A stretch of DNA of 64,000 bases, from NCBI GenBank assembly GCA_046754245.1, contig JBHHVL010000008.1, positions 2,411 to 66,410 of the forward strand. Reading direction: 5' to 3'. The notes below the pieces were generated by a model that saw only the letters and a program-made list of their open reading frames with translations, made no database searches and was not told the origin of the DNA. Source of the stretch: Candidatus Binatia bacterium. GTDB taxonomy: Bacteria; Desulfobacterota; Binatia; UBA1149. Shown here piece after piece: positions 30,255 to 38,572 of this stretch. The translations under genes and the position numbers were made by a program. Numbering within the stretch: position 1 is the stretch's first letter; the number at the start of each line of letters is the position of its first letter.

Positions 30255-30710
30255 CTAGGGGTTGAACTCGAAGTCCGTGCCCATGACCATGAGATAGTCC
30301 CGCAGCGCCACGACGATCTGATACTGCAGGTGAGCGTCTTCGTCGCTGTATATGGGGTTATAGTCGTCGTCTTCGTTGAAGTTGAAGAAATTGGGCATCT
30401 TGGTCCCCGGCTGAAGGGTTTGCGGGTCGAGCAACCACTGCAGGATCCACGCGGGGCGTAGTCTGTTCTTGGCCAGCGTGAGGTTAGGGGCGATGATGTC
30501 CTTGTTCAGGGGCTGTCCCACGCGGGTCGCGTGGCAACGCGCGCACTGGTAGGTCTCGAACATCTGCCTGCCCAGGGTGGCGCTCGCCTTGAATGCCGGG
30601 GTATCGGTGCGGAAGTACTCCGCCTGGCCCGCGTAGAGCTGGCCCGCGGGGACCACGAAAAACGCCACTACGAACATCGCCAGCGGCCACTTGGGTAATC
30701 TAGTATTCAC
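30255..30710 (-). CDS. monohaem c-type cytochrome, secreted
   Basis: CxxCH (CARCH) haem-binding site. Signal peptide (RLPKWPLAMFVVAFFVVPAGQLYA) after GTG 30710, which has a GAGG RBS. The ORF track's ATG 30782 is probably too far upstream. Confidence 0.6.
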   Translation of the reverse strand: MNTRLPKWPLAMFVVAFFVVPAGQLYAGQAEYFRTDTPAFKASATLGRQMFETYQCARCHATRVGQPLNKDIIAPNLTLAKNRLRPAWILQWLLDPQTLQPGTKMPNFFNFNEDDDYNPIYSDEDAHLQYQIVVALRDYLMVMGTDFEFNP

Positions 30711-30803
30711 AGCGGAGACCTCGAAAGCGGGCGAAAACCCCCTGTCTTCAGTCTTAGTAGCAAGGCCACCGGACGGGGGCAAGTCAAGCCCGGCGGGCCG
30801 TGT

Positions 30804-31346
30804 TTGCCCCCCGTGGCGGTGGAACCTATACTGACGCGACTTGCCGCCGCCGGTTTGCTGCCGCTGGTCGGGGTCAATAGTTTATTCTCGCAGAGGTATA
30901 ACGTGGGCGTTGATAGCATAGAAAAACGGGTCGCGGGCTTGCTGTCGGAGATTAGAAACGTCGTGGGAAATCGACGCCTGGACTCTCTGCTTGGGACCGC
31001 GATGGAGAGCGCGATGCGGACCAAGGCGAACGTCGATCGCAACATCGACAGTCTATTGGCGCTTGCCAACCTGCCGAGCCGCGGCGATTACCGCAAGCTT
31101 CAGACCAGGCTGGACGTCGTTCAGGGCAGCCTCCGCAATCTTAGCCACAGGCTTGATGAACTCAGCCAGGGCTTGGACGGCAACTCGGCCAAGGGTGCCG
31201 GTTCCAAGAAGAGGGCCGTAGCCAAGTCCAAGGCCGCGAGTCCGGCGAAGAAACGCGCGGCTTCGGCTGCCTCTTCGGCTTCCGGTGCCGCGCGGAGGGG
31301 TTCGAAGAGCGGCGCGGCGGCCAAGGGCAAGCGCGCGCGAGCCTGA
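30804..31346 (+). CDS. PhaF-like phasin family protein with histone H1-like Ala/Lys-rich C-terminal tail
   Basis: Central motif ANLPSRGDYRKLQTRLDVVQGSLRNLSHRLDEL resembles the phasin (PF05597) C-terminal segment. C-terminal 60 aa is AK-rich (KKRAVAKSKAASPAKKRAASAASS...AAAKGKRARA). N-terminal 30 aa is uncertain and the start may be later. Confidence 0.45.
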   Translation: MPPVAVEPILTRLAAAGLLPLVGVNSLFSQRYNVGVDSIEKRVAGLLSEIRNVVGNRRLDSLLGTAMESAMRTKANVDRNIDSLLALANLPSRGDYRKLQTRLDVVQGSLRNLSHRLDELSQGLDGNSAKGAGSKKRAVAKSKAASPAKKRAASAASSASGAARRGSKSGAAAKGKRARA

Positions 31347-31387
31347 ATCCAGCCTTTTCCGACGCCGGTCGTTCTCCATAGCCGCTT

Positions 31388-31403
31388 GCCCGCTAGAGCG
31401 GGC
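31388..31403. terminator. GC hairpin GCCCGC-UAGA-GCGGGC between convergent phasin-like and ArsA-like genes
   Basis: Perfect 6-bp stem with 4-nt loop, overlapping the stop codon of the minus-strand gene. No U-tract, so only a weak intrinsic-terminator candidate. Confidence 0.25.
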
Positions 31404-32491
31404 TACAGGGAGAGCCGCTCGGCCAGGCGGCGAAGGTCGTCCAGCGTCGCGATATCGCCGGCTACGGTCGGCACTCTCGTGACCCCGCAGTCGAGGAGCC
31501 GTTCGAGTTCTTCCACCACAGTTTCCTCGCTTGCTCTCAACCTCGCGATGTCTGCTTCCATGGCGGCGACAGCGGCCGTGGTGCCAGGAGGCGCGCTTGC
31601 GAACAGGTCGCCGCGATCATCCACGGCGGTCGCGGTGGGCGTCATCCTGTTCACCAATACCCGAGAAGGAACGATTCCGCGGCTCACGAGTTCCGCGTAG
31701 AAGTTAAGCGCGGCGTCTGTGTTGCCAGGCCGCGGACGGGTCACGAGGACAAATCCACAGTCTTCGCTCTTGAGCAGCGATTCGATGTGATTGGCGCGGT
31801 CGCCGAGTCCGGCGAGTAGCTGCTCGAAGGAGGAGATGAATTCGGCGACCTGGGAGCGGAGCTCGAAACCGCTCAGGCCCTCCACCAATCTCAGCAAGAC
31901 CTGCCCGGTAGCGCGAGCGAGCTTCGAGCCGCTGCGACCAATCGCCCTCAACGGGTCGGAGAGTAGCGCCATTGCCCTGCTGTCGAGCAGAGCCGACACC
32001 CGTGCCGGTGCCGAGAGCAGGTCGTCGGCGTGGGCCGCGGGCGGCGTGTCAACGATGACCAGGTCGTAGCCCGCGGTGGAGGTGAGTTCGTACAACCTCT
32101 GAAACGCCATGTAGTGCTCGGACCCCCCCAAGGATCCGGAGACAGCCTTGTAGACAGGGTTCTGCTTGAGTGAACGCGCGAGGTCTGCCGAGGGCGAGAA
32201 GTCGTCGACCATTCGATCGAAGGTTCGTCGGGTGTCCAACCTCATCGCCACGAGTGAGGCGCCGGACGCCGCGTCCTCTGAGACCACGACCCTGACCGGT
32301 CGGCCATCGAGCCGGGAAAGGCCAAGTACGTCGCCGAGACGGGGAGCCGGATCGATGGTCAGCACGGCAACTCGTTTTCCCATCTCGGCCGCCCGGAGCG
32401 CGGTCGCGGCGGCGGCTGAGGTCTTGCCGACGCCACCCTCGCCGACGACTACCAGCAGTTTCTTCGAAAGCAGGCCGCGCATCGCCGTCAC
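31403..32491 (-). CDS. ArsA/Get3-family ATPase with Lys-to-Glu deviant Walker A (BagA-like)
   Basis: P-loop LLVVVGEGGVGKTS (GEGG instead of GKGG). ~360 aa anion-transporting ATPase fold. Start is GTG 32491 (GTGA overlap with the upstream partner) or ATG 32482. Confidence 0.7.
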   Translation of the reverse strand: MTAMRGLLSKKLLVVVGEGGVGKTSAAAATALRAAEMGKRVAVLTIDPAPRLGDVLGLSRLDGRPVRVVVSEDAASGASLVAMRLDTRRTFDRMVDDFSPSADLARSLKQNPVYKAVSGSLGGSEHYMAFQRLYELTSTAGYDLVIVDTPPAAHADDLLSAPARVSALLDSRAMALLSDPLRAIGRSGSKLARATGQVLLRLVEGLSGFELRSQVAEFISSFEQLLAGLGDRANHIESLLKSEDCGFVLVTRPRPGNTDAALNFYAELVSRGIVPSRVLVNRMTPTATAVDDRGDLFASAPPGTTAAVAAMEADIARLRASEETVVEELERLLDCGVTRVPTVAGDIATLDDLRRLAERLSL

Positions 32492-33366
32492 TCGCGTTCG
32501 CCGAACAGCGCTTCCACTAGTTCTTCGGCTAAGACAGGAGTGGCCGCGCCCTGTCCGCCGAAGAGAAAGGGGAGGGTAAGGACCTCTCCGTAGCTTTCTC
32601 TGACCCCGCCGACGAATTCGAGATGCCGGCGCCGCTGGTCCAGGTAGAGGGCGAGTTCAGGCGATCCGAGACGATCGAGCTTGCTGCTGAGCCACACACT
32701 CTGCGCGTCGTCCGCGCGCTTCGGGTACACACCGTTGATCAGCACGGGGGCCAGCGCGATTCCGGACTCGCGCAGCTGGCCGTGCAGCAGGCGAGCTTCC
32801 CGTACGCACAGCTCTTCTGGATTGGCCACCAACAAGACGCTGAAACGTGCCGGATCGCGAACCAAAGCAGCCAGGCGCCGGGCGGTCCTTGCCACCGGTC
32901 CCGCTCCGACGATTTCGAGCGTACGGAGGGGCGAGCTGAGCAGTGGCACGCTGTGTCCTGACGAAGGCGCGTCGATCACCACAAGACCCGCGCCTTGTCG
33001 GGGAGAACCGAGTTTGGCGATCGACCACAGCGTCACGAGGTCCTTGATACCCGGAGCGGCACCGGCAACAGCGCTAAAACTACGGCTCCTCATCAGTCGT
33101 TCAGCGACGAAGCGCAGGCCGAGGACGGCGCTGAGGAAGTCGGTCAGAGCCGCCTCTTCGTCGATTATCACTCGGCGGAACTCCGCGGGCGATCCGTCAT
33201 TGCCGGAGCCGGCCGATCTCCGTCGGGCCTGCGTTTCTACGACGACGGGTTTTTCCCCGCGCAGCGCCAGGCCTCTGGCCAACAGCGAAGCTACGAAGGA
33301 TTTTCCGGTCCCCCCTTTTCCGCTCACGTAGACGAACTTGGTGGTGGCTGGTAACACCGCCGGCAT
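32488..33366 (-). CDS. ArsA/Get3-family ATPase with canonical deviant Walker A (BagB-like)
   Basis: P-loop FVYVSGKGGTGKSF. ~292 aa. First gene of a two-gene operon with the previous feature. ATG 33366, or TTG 33372 per the ORF track. Confidence 0.7.
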   Translation of the reverse strand: MPAVLPATTKFVYVSGKGGTGKSFVASLLARGLALRGEKPVVVETQARRRSAGSGNDGSPAEFRRVIIDEEAALTDFLSAVLGLRFVAERLMRSRSFSAVAGAAPGIKDLVTLWSIAKLGSPRQGAGLVVIDAPSSGHSVPLLSSPLRTLEIVGAGPVARTARRLAALVRDPARFSVLLVANPEELCVREARLLHGQLRESGIALAPVLINGVYPKRADDAQSVWLSSKLDRLGSPELALYLDQRRRHLEFVGGVRESYGEVLTLPFLFGGQGAATPVLAEELVEALFGERE

Positions 33367-33598
33367 ACTCAACCCGCGTTATCCATGGAGCAGCCTACTA
33401 CGAGCGCCGATTGCCCGCCATCGCGGACCGCACTTGCCCACTCGCCCTTCGACGGACCGTTCAGCTCTGCCTGCATCGCTCGCGGCTGCGTTCGGCCCCA
33501 TCTGCGGCACTCTCCGGCCGTTCACGAATAACGCGGCGTTGCTTCGTCCGGTTACCGTGCCAACGGAACCGGGTCGCAAGAAAACCGGCCCGTTGCAT

Positions 33599-34630
33599 AT
33601 GGGTCGTCACGCACCCACAATTCACTCGGCGAGGGCCAAGCCAGCCGTGGCGGAAGACATCGAAGAAACCGTTACTCCCCAGTCCGGTCTCCGAGACCGC
33701 GGACTGGAGGAACTGCAGGTTCTGTTTCTGCGGCGGCTCGAGGAACTGGAGAGCCGCCTGGATTCGTCATTCGGGCGGGCGGCGGGCGGAGGCGCGCTAC
33801 TCGAGTTCTTGGGTGACGCTGCGCGGGAGCTCTGGTTGCTGTCGTCGGGAGAAAGGTCTGGCCGTGGCGGCTTGGCTGATCGGCGCCGCCGAGCGATCGG
33901 TGCCCTGGGGACCACGGCGAAGGTCCGCAGCGATCCGAGCCGTCTGTTGAGCGCTCTCTACGGCTTGTGGCTGGGGATCTCGTCGGTCGAAGGCGAGCCG
34001 CTGCCCGACGAAGGACCGGTTCTCGTTTTGGTCAACCGAAGCTCGTCGCTTTCCCCCCTGGAGGCAATGGTAGTGTCTTCGGTGCTCCGGCTTGACCGCG
34101 AAGCGGAGCGGCGGGTCTGCGCGTTGTGGGCAGGGCGTGTCCCGTCGTTGCCGTGGGTGGGCGCTTTCCTTCGTAACGCCGGTGTGCTGCCGGCTGACCC
34201 TGACAGCTGTAGCTCCTTGTTCGAGGAGGGGGCAGTGGTGATCGCGTTTCCTGAGGGCGCGGCCGCGGAAAGGAGGGGCTACGCGAGCCGTTACAAGCTG
34301 GAGAGGTTCGAGAGGCTCGCGACCTTACGTGCCGCCGTAGACTGTGGGGCTTCCGTGGTACCTGGCGCTCTCAGTGGCAGCGAGGAGAGTTTCCCGCTTC
34401 TGGGCCGCATCGCGGGATTGCCCGTCACGGCGACCTTTCCGTGGCTGGGGGCGCTGGGACTGGTTCCGCTGCCGGTGCGGTGGAGGCTGAGACTCGGCGC
34501 CACGGTGGACCGTGGGGCTCGCGCCGACGACGAAGAGGGGCTCGCCGGCTTCGCGGAGGACATACGTGTCCGGGTGCAGACGATGCTGGCGGAGATGGTC
34601 GCAGAAAGAGCGTCGATTCTGTCGGGATGA
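33599..34630 (+). CDS. lysophospholipid acyltransferase (PlsC/LPLAT)-like protein with degenerate HX4D motif and ~100-aa N-terminal extension
   Basis: LPLAT block III FPEG (VVIAFPEGAAAERRG) is present. Block I reads VLVLVNRSSSLSPLE rather than NHxSxxD. The ORF track starts at 33338, but the upstream 87 codons overlap the ArsA gene's start region, so I chose ATG 33599. Confidence 0.5.
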   Translation: MGRHAPTIHSARAKPAVAEDIEETVTPQSGLRDRGLEELQVLFLRRLEELESRLDSSFGRAAGGGALLEFLGDAARELWLLSSGERSGRGGLADRRRRAIGALGTTAKVRSDPSRLLSALYGLWLGISSVEGEPLPDEGPVLVLVNRSSSLSPLEAMVVSSVLRLDREAERRVCALWAGRVPSLPWVGAFLRNAGVLPADPDSCSSLFEEGAVVIAFPEGAAAERRGYASRYKLERFERLATLRAAVDCGASVVPGALSGSEESFPLLGRIAGLPVTATFPWLGALGLVPLPVRWRLRLGATVDRGARADDEEGLAGFAEDIRVRVQTMLAEMVAERASILSG

Positions 34631-34755
34631 CGGCGCCTCGGCCCGGCGCGCAGCCGCGCTGTCCCTTGCCTGATGAGCGCGCTTTGTGTTTTATGCCAGG
34701 CTCGTGTTGCCGCTAGAGCGGTGCGTCGGCGCATCGCCCAGCAGGAGGAAGGTCA

Positions 34756-36243
34756 ATGTCACGCTACTTGCTCGCTATCGACCAGGGAACAACCGGATCG
34801 ACCGTGATGGTCTTCGATGACGGGGGTGACGTTCTCGCCCGAGCGTATTCGGAGTTTACCCAGTACTACCCCCGCCCCGCGTGGGTCGAGCACGATCCGG
34901 AGGAGATCTGGCGTGTGACTCGATCGCTTATCCCGCGGGCCTGCCGCAAGGCGAGAATCAAGGTCGAGCAGGTAGCCGGCATAGGCATCACCAACCAGCG
35001 TGAAACCGTTGTGGTCTGGGACCGGCGGAGCGGGGAGCCGGTCTATCGCGCGATAGTGTGGCAGGATCGCCGCACCGCCACTCGGTGTGAACGACTCGCT
35101 TCCGATGGTCTCATGCCCGAGATCCGTCGCAAGACCGGTCTGCTGATAGATCCGTACTTCTCGGCCACCAAGGTCTCCTGGATTCTCGACAGGGTGCGCG
35201 GAGCGAGAGCCAGGGCAGAAAGAGGTGAGTTGGCTTTCGGAACCATAGACAGCTGGCTGATCTGGAAGCTGACGGCTGGAAGACAACACGTCACCGACTA
35301 TACCAACGCGTCGAGGACCATGCTGTTCAATATCAGAACGAAAAAATGGGATCGGTCGCTGTGTTCCGAGATGGGGGTGCCGATGGAAATGCTGCCGGAG
35401 GTCAGGCCGTCGGCCGGACTCTTCGGCGAGAGCAGCCCGGGCGTGGCCGGCGGGAAGCCCCTACCGATATGCGGCGTCGCCGGGGATCAGCAAGCGGCTC
35501 TTTTTGGCCAGGCCTGTTTCAAGACAGGGATGGTCAAAAACACATACGGTACCGGATGTTTCCTGCTCATGTATACCGGCGACAAGCCCGTGAGCTCCAA
35601 GAACAAGCTCCTCACGACCATGGCCTGTGGGCCCGACGGCGGTCCCGCCTACGCACTCGAAGGCTCGGTGTTCATCGCGGGCGCGGCGGTTCAGTGGCTT
35701 CGCGACGGGCTCGGTCTGCTCAAGAAAGCGTCCGAATCAGAGGCCGCGGCGACGCGAGTCGACTCCAGCTTGGGTACCTACCTGGTGCCGGCCTTCGCCG
35801 GCCTCGGCGCCCCCTACTGGGACCCAGACGCCCGCGGCGCGCTAGTTGGAATCACGCGCGGGGTAAGCGCCGATCACGTCATTCGGGCGACGCTGGAATC
35901 GCTTGCCTACCAGACGCGCGACCTCGTCGACGCCATGTCGGCGGATTCGGGACGTAAACTCAAGATCCTTCGGGTTGACGGCGGGGCTACCGCCAACGAC
36001 TTCCTCATGCAGTTCCAGGCCGACATTCTTGGTACTTCGGTGGACAGGCCGCGGGTGGTAGAGACCACGGCCGCCGGTGCCGCGTTCCTCGCTGGGTTGG
36101 GTTGTGGGGTGTTGCGGAGCGCCCGGGAAGTGGAGGCCGCCCGCCAGGTAGACCGTGTGTTCAAGCCGGCCATGAAGGCCGGCCAGCGGCGAGAGCTCTA
36201 CGGTGGATGGCAGCGAGCGGTGGAGCGGGTGAGGAGCGGTTGA
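34756..36243 (+). CDS. glpK: glycerol kinase GlpK
   Basis: MSRYLLAIDQGTTGSTVMVFD...PAWVEHDPEEIW. FGGY kinase domains. AGGAGGAAGG RBS. Confidence 0.9.
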   Translation: MSRYLLAIDQGTTGSTVMVFDDGGDVLARAYSEFTQYYPRPAWVEHDPEEIWRVTRSLIPRACRKARIKVEQVAGIGITNQRETVVVWDRRSGEPVYRAIVWQDRRTATRCERLASDGLMPEIRRKTGLLIDPYFSATKVSWILDRVRGARARAERGELAFGTIDSWLIWKLTAGRQHVTDYTNASRTMLFNIRTKKWDRSLCSEMGVPMEMLPEVRPSAGLFGESSPGVAGGKPLPICGVAGDQQAALFGQACFKTGMVKNTYGTGCFLLMYTGDKPVSSKNKLLTTMACGPDGGPAYALEGSVFIAGAAVQWLRDGLGLLKKASESEAAATRVDSSLGTYLVPAFAGLGAPYWDPDARGALVGITRGVSADHVIRATLESLAYQTRDLVDAMSADSGRKLKILRVDGGATANDFLMQFQADILGTSVDRPRVVETTAAGAAFLAGLGCGVLRSAREVEAARQVDRVFKPAMKAGQRRELYGGWQRAVERVRSG

Positions 36244-36291
36244 ATGCCCCTCCGGAGGCTGGTATAGAACCACGGCTCGCGGAGTAGAGTT

Positions 36292-36495
36292 ATGAAACCC
36301 GGTATTCACCCTGAGTACAAAGACGTCGAGGTGGTCTGCGCCTGCGGCAATACCTTCATGACGAGGTCGACGATCGATTCCATTCACGTCGAGATATGCT
36401 CCAGCTGCCACCCCTTCTACACCGGCCAGCAAAAGATAGTGGACACTGCTGGTCGCGTAGAACGGTTTCGTAAGCGCTACGGTCTCGACAAGTAG
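36292..36495 (+). CDS. rpmE: 50S ribosomal protein L31 (zinc-ribbon form)
   Basis: [22 protein letters not shown]...[10 protein letters not shown]. CxC...CxxC zinc-binding form. Confidence 0.9.
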   Translation: MKPGIHPEYKDVEVVCACGNTFMTRSTIDSIHVEICSSCHPFYTGQQKIVDTAGRVERFRKRYGLDK

Positions 36496-36590
36496 TTGCC
36501 ATCCCGCACTGCTGGCCCGAACCGCCGGTCCGTGTCCCACGTCGCTTTGTTTCCGCTTCTCGGCAGCCGCGGGTATAAAAGCGTCTCGGA

Positions 36591-37661
36591 ATGTTCGCGA
36601 AACTCGATGGCATAGAAAAGCGCTTCGATGAGCTCGAGCGACGGCTCGTCGATCCCGACGTGATCAACGACCGCGAACTCTACACGCGGCTCGTTCGCGA
36701 GCGTGCCGAACTCGAGGATCTGGTTCGCACCTGGCGCGAGAGGAACGAGGCGGTTACGCAGCTCGAGGAGGCCAGGGTCCTCAGGGAAGACGCCGACGCC
36801 GACATCAGGGCTATGGCGATGGAAGAAACCGGACGTCTCGAGCGACTCGTCGATGACTTTGATGAGCGTCTAAAGGCGTTGCTCGTTCCGAAGGACCCCA
36901 TGGACAAGCGCAACGCGGTGCTGGAGATAAGGGCCGGTACGGGTGGGGATGAGGCGGCGCTGTTTGCCGGTGACCTGATGCGTATGTACGAACGCTACGC
37001 CGACGGCAGGGGATGGAAGATGGAGGGCCTTGCCCTCAACGCCGGGATCAAGGGGGGTATCAAGGAAGCCATTGTGGGTGTTTCGGGTGAAGACGTGTAC
37101 GGAAGGCTCAAACGGGAGGCCGGCGTTCACCGCGTCCAGCGCGTTCCGGAAACCGAGGCGCAGGGGAGAATTCACACCTCCGCGGTGACGGTCGCGGTTT
37201 TTCCGGAGGCGAAACCGGTAGACGTCAAGGTAGAGGACAAGGACCTTCGCATCGACGTTTACCGTTCGTCGGGTCCAGGGGGACAATCGGTCAATACTAC
37301 CGATTCGGCGGTTCGCATCACCCACGTACCTTCGGGAATCGTCGTGACCTGTCAGGACGAGAAGTCGCAGCACAAGAACAAAACGCGGGCGATGAAGATC
37401 CTGCTGGCCCGACTGTTCGAGCATGAGGAGAAAGCGCGTCACGATGCGGAGGCGGCAGACAGGAAAGCGATGGTGGGCAGCGGTGACCGATCGCAGCGCA
37501 TACGCACCTACAATTTCCCTCAGGGACGTGTGACCGACCACCGCATAGGTCTCACGCTCTATAACCTCGAGGCCTTCATGGCGGGAGAAATCGACGAGGT
37601 GCTCGACGCGCTCGCCGCCCACTACCAGGCTGAGGCGCTGAAGGCCGAGCACCAGGCGTGA
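36591..37661 (+). CDS. prfA: peptide chain release factor 1
   Basis: GGQ motif (GPGGQSVNTTDSAVRITH). RF1-type tripeptide region (PET). Followed by prmC as in the canonical operon. Confidence 0.9.
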   Translation: MFAKLDGIEKRFDELERRLVDPDVINDRELYTRLVRERAELEDLVRTWRERNEAVTQLEEARVLREDADADIRAMAMEETGRLERLVDDFDERLKALLVPKDPMDKRNAVLEIRAGTGGDEAALFAGDLMRMYERYADGRGWKMEGLALNAGIKGGIKEAIVGVSGEDVYGRLKREAGVHRVQRVPETEAQGRIHTSAVTVAVFPEAKPVDVKVEDKDLRIDVYRSSGPGGQSVNTTDSAVRITHVPSGIVVTCQDEKSQHKNKTRAMKILLARLFEHEEKARHDAEAADRKAMVGSGDRSQRIRTYNFPQGRVTDHRIGLTLYNLEAFMAGEIDEVLDALAAHYQAEALKAEHQA

Positions 37662-38563
37662 AGAGCAACGGGTCAACGGGTCCTCGGGTGGTCGGTGACT
37701 ACCTGAGCATAACCAAGGACTTTCTCGCCGCGAAGGGCGTCGATAACCCCCGGCTCGATGCGGAGATAATGCTTGCCGCGGTGCTGGGTATCAGCAGGCT
37801 TGAACTCTACACCGGCTTCGACAGGCCGTTGGCCGTCCCCGAGATTGACCGTTTCCGTGACATGGTCAGGCGCAGGGCGGCGCGTGAACCGGTGCACTAC
37901 ATCACGGGGATTAGAGAGTTCTGGTCTCTCGATTTCGCCGTCGACCGCCGTGTGTTGATCCCTCGTCGGGAAACCGAGTTGCTCGTGGAGCTGGCGCTGG
38001 AGCGGCTGAGCAAGGAAAACGGATCGGCGGTCGTCGGCAACGGGCATCAGAGGCTGGCCGACATCGGAACCGGTGCCGGTGCCATAGCCGTAGCCTTGGC
38101 TTCGGAAATCGAGGAACTGCGGGTCACCGCTACCGACAAGTCGCAGTCGGTTCTGGAACTCGCACCCTTGAACGCGAGAACCCACGGCGTTGGGGGTCGA
38201 ATAGAGTTTGTCTGCGGAGACCTGTACGAAGCCCTCGGGGGGCGCGATCCCCAGGACATGATCGTTTCCAATCCGCCTTATGTCAGTGAGTCCGAGCTGG
38301 GAGCACTCGAACCGGAGGTGAGGGAATGGGAGCCACGCAGCGCCCTTATGGCGGGCGAGGACGGCATGGCCGTGGCCGGTCCCCTGATCGCGGGGGCTCC
38401 TCTGCACCTCAAGCCCGGGGGTTGGTTGCTCGTGGAAGTCGGAAGGCAGTGGCGGTGTGTTCTCGAGTGCTTCGAGCAAGACGGTTGGATCGACGTTTGC
38501 GTGCATCGTGATCTCGCGGGGATCGAGAGGGTCGTCGCGGGTCGTCGCCCGGGGCGGGGCTGA
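37658..38563 (+). CDS. prmC: release factor glutamine N5-methyltransferase PrmC (HemK)
   Basis: NPPY motif (IVSNPPYV), SAM-binding DIGTGAGAIAVALA. GTG start overlaps the prfA stop. Confidence 0.85.
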   Translation: MKSNGSTGPRVVGDYLSITKDFLAAKGVDNPRLDAEIMLAAVLGISRLELYTGFDRPLAVPEIDRFRDMVRRRAAREPVHYITGIREFWSLDFAVDRRVLIPRRETELLVELALERLSKENGSAVVGNGHQRLADIGTGAGAIAVALASEIEELRVTATDKSQSVLELAPLNARTHGVGGRIEFVCGDLYEALGGRDPQDMIVSNPPYVSESELGALEPEVREWEPRSALMAGEDGMAVAGPLIAGAPLHLKPGGWLLVEVGRQWRCVLECFEQDGWIDVCVHRDLAGIERVVAGRRPGRG

Positions 38564-38572
38564 GGCTCGGTC

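Noticed and set aside
33373-33598. 8-bp inverted repeat CGCGTTAT...ATAACGCG about 140 nt apart in the divergent gap between the ArsA operon and the LPLAT-like gene
   Set aside because: Too short and too widely spaced to call an operator or structured RNA on its own. It could still hold promoters for both operons.
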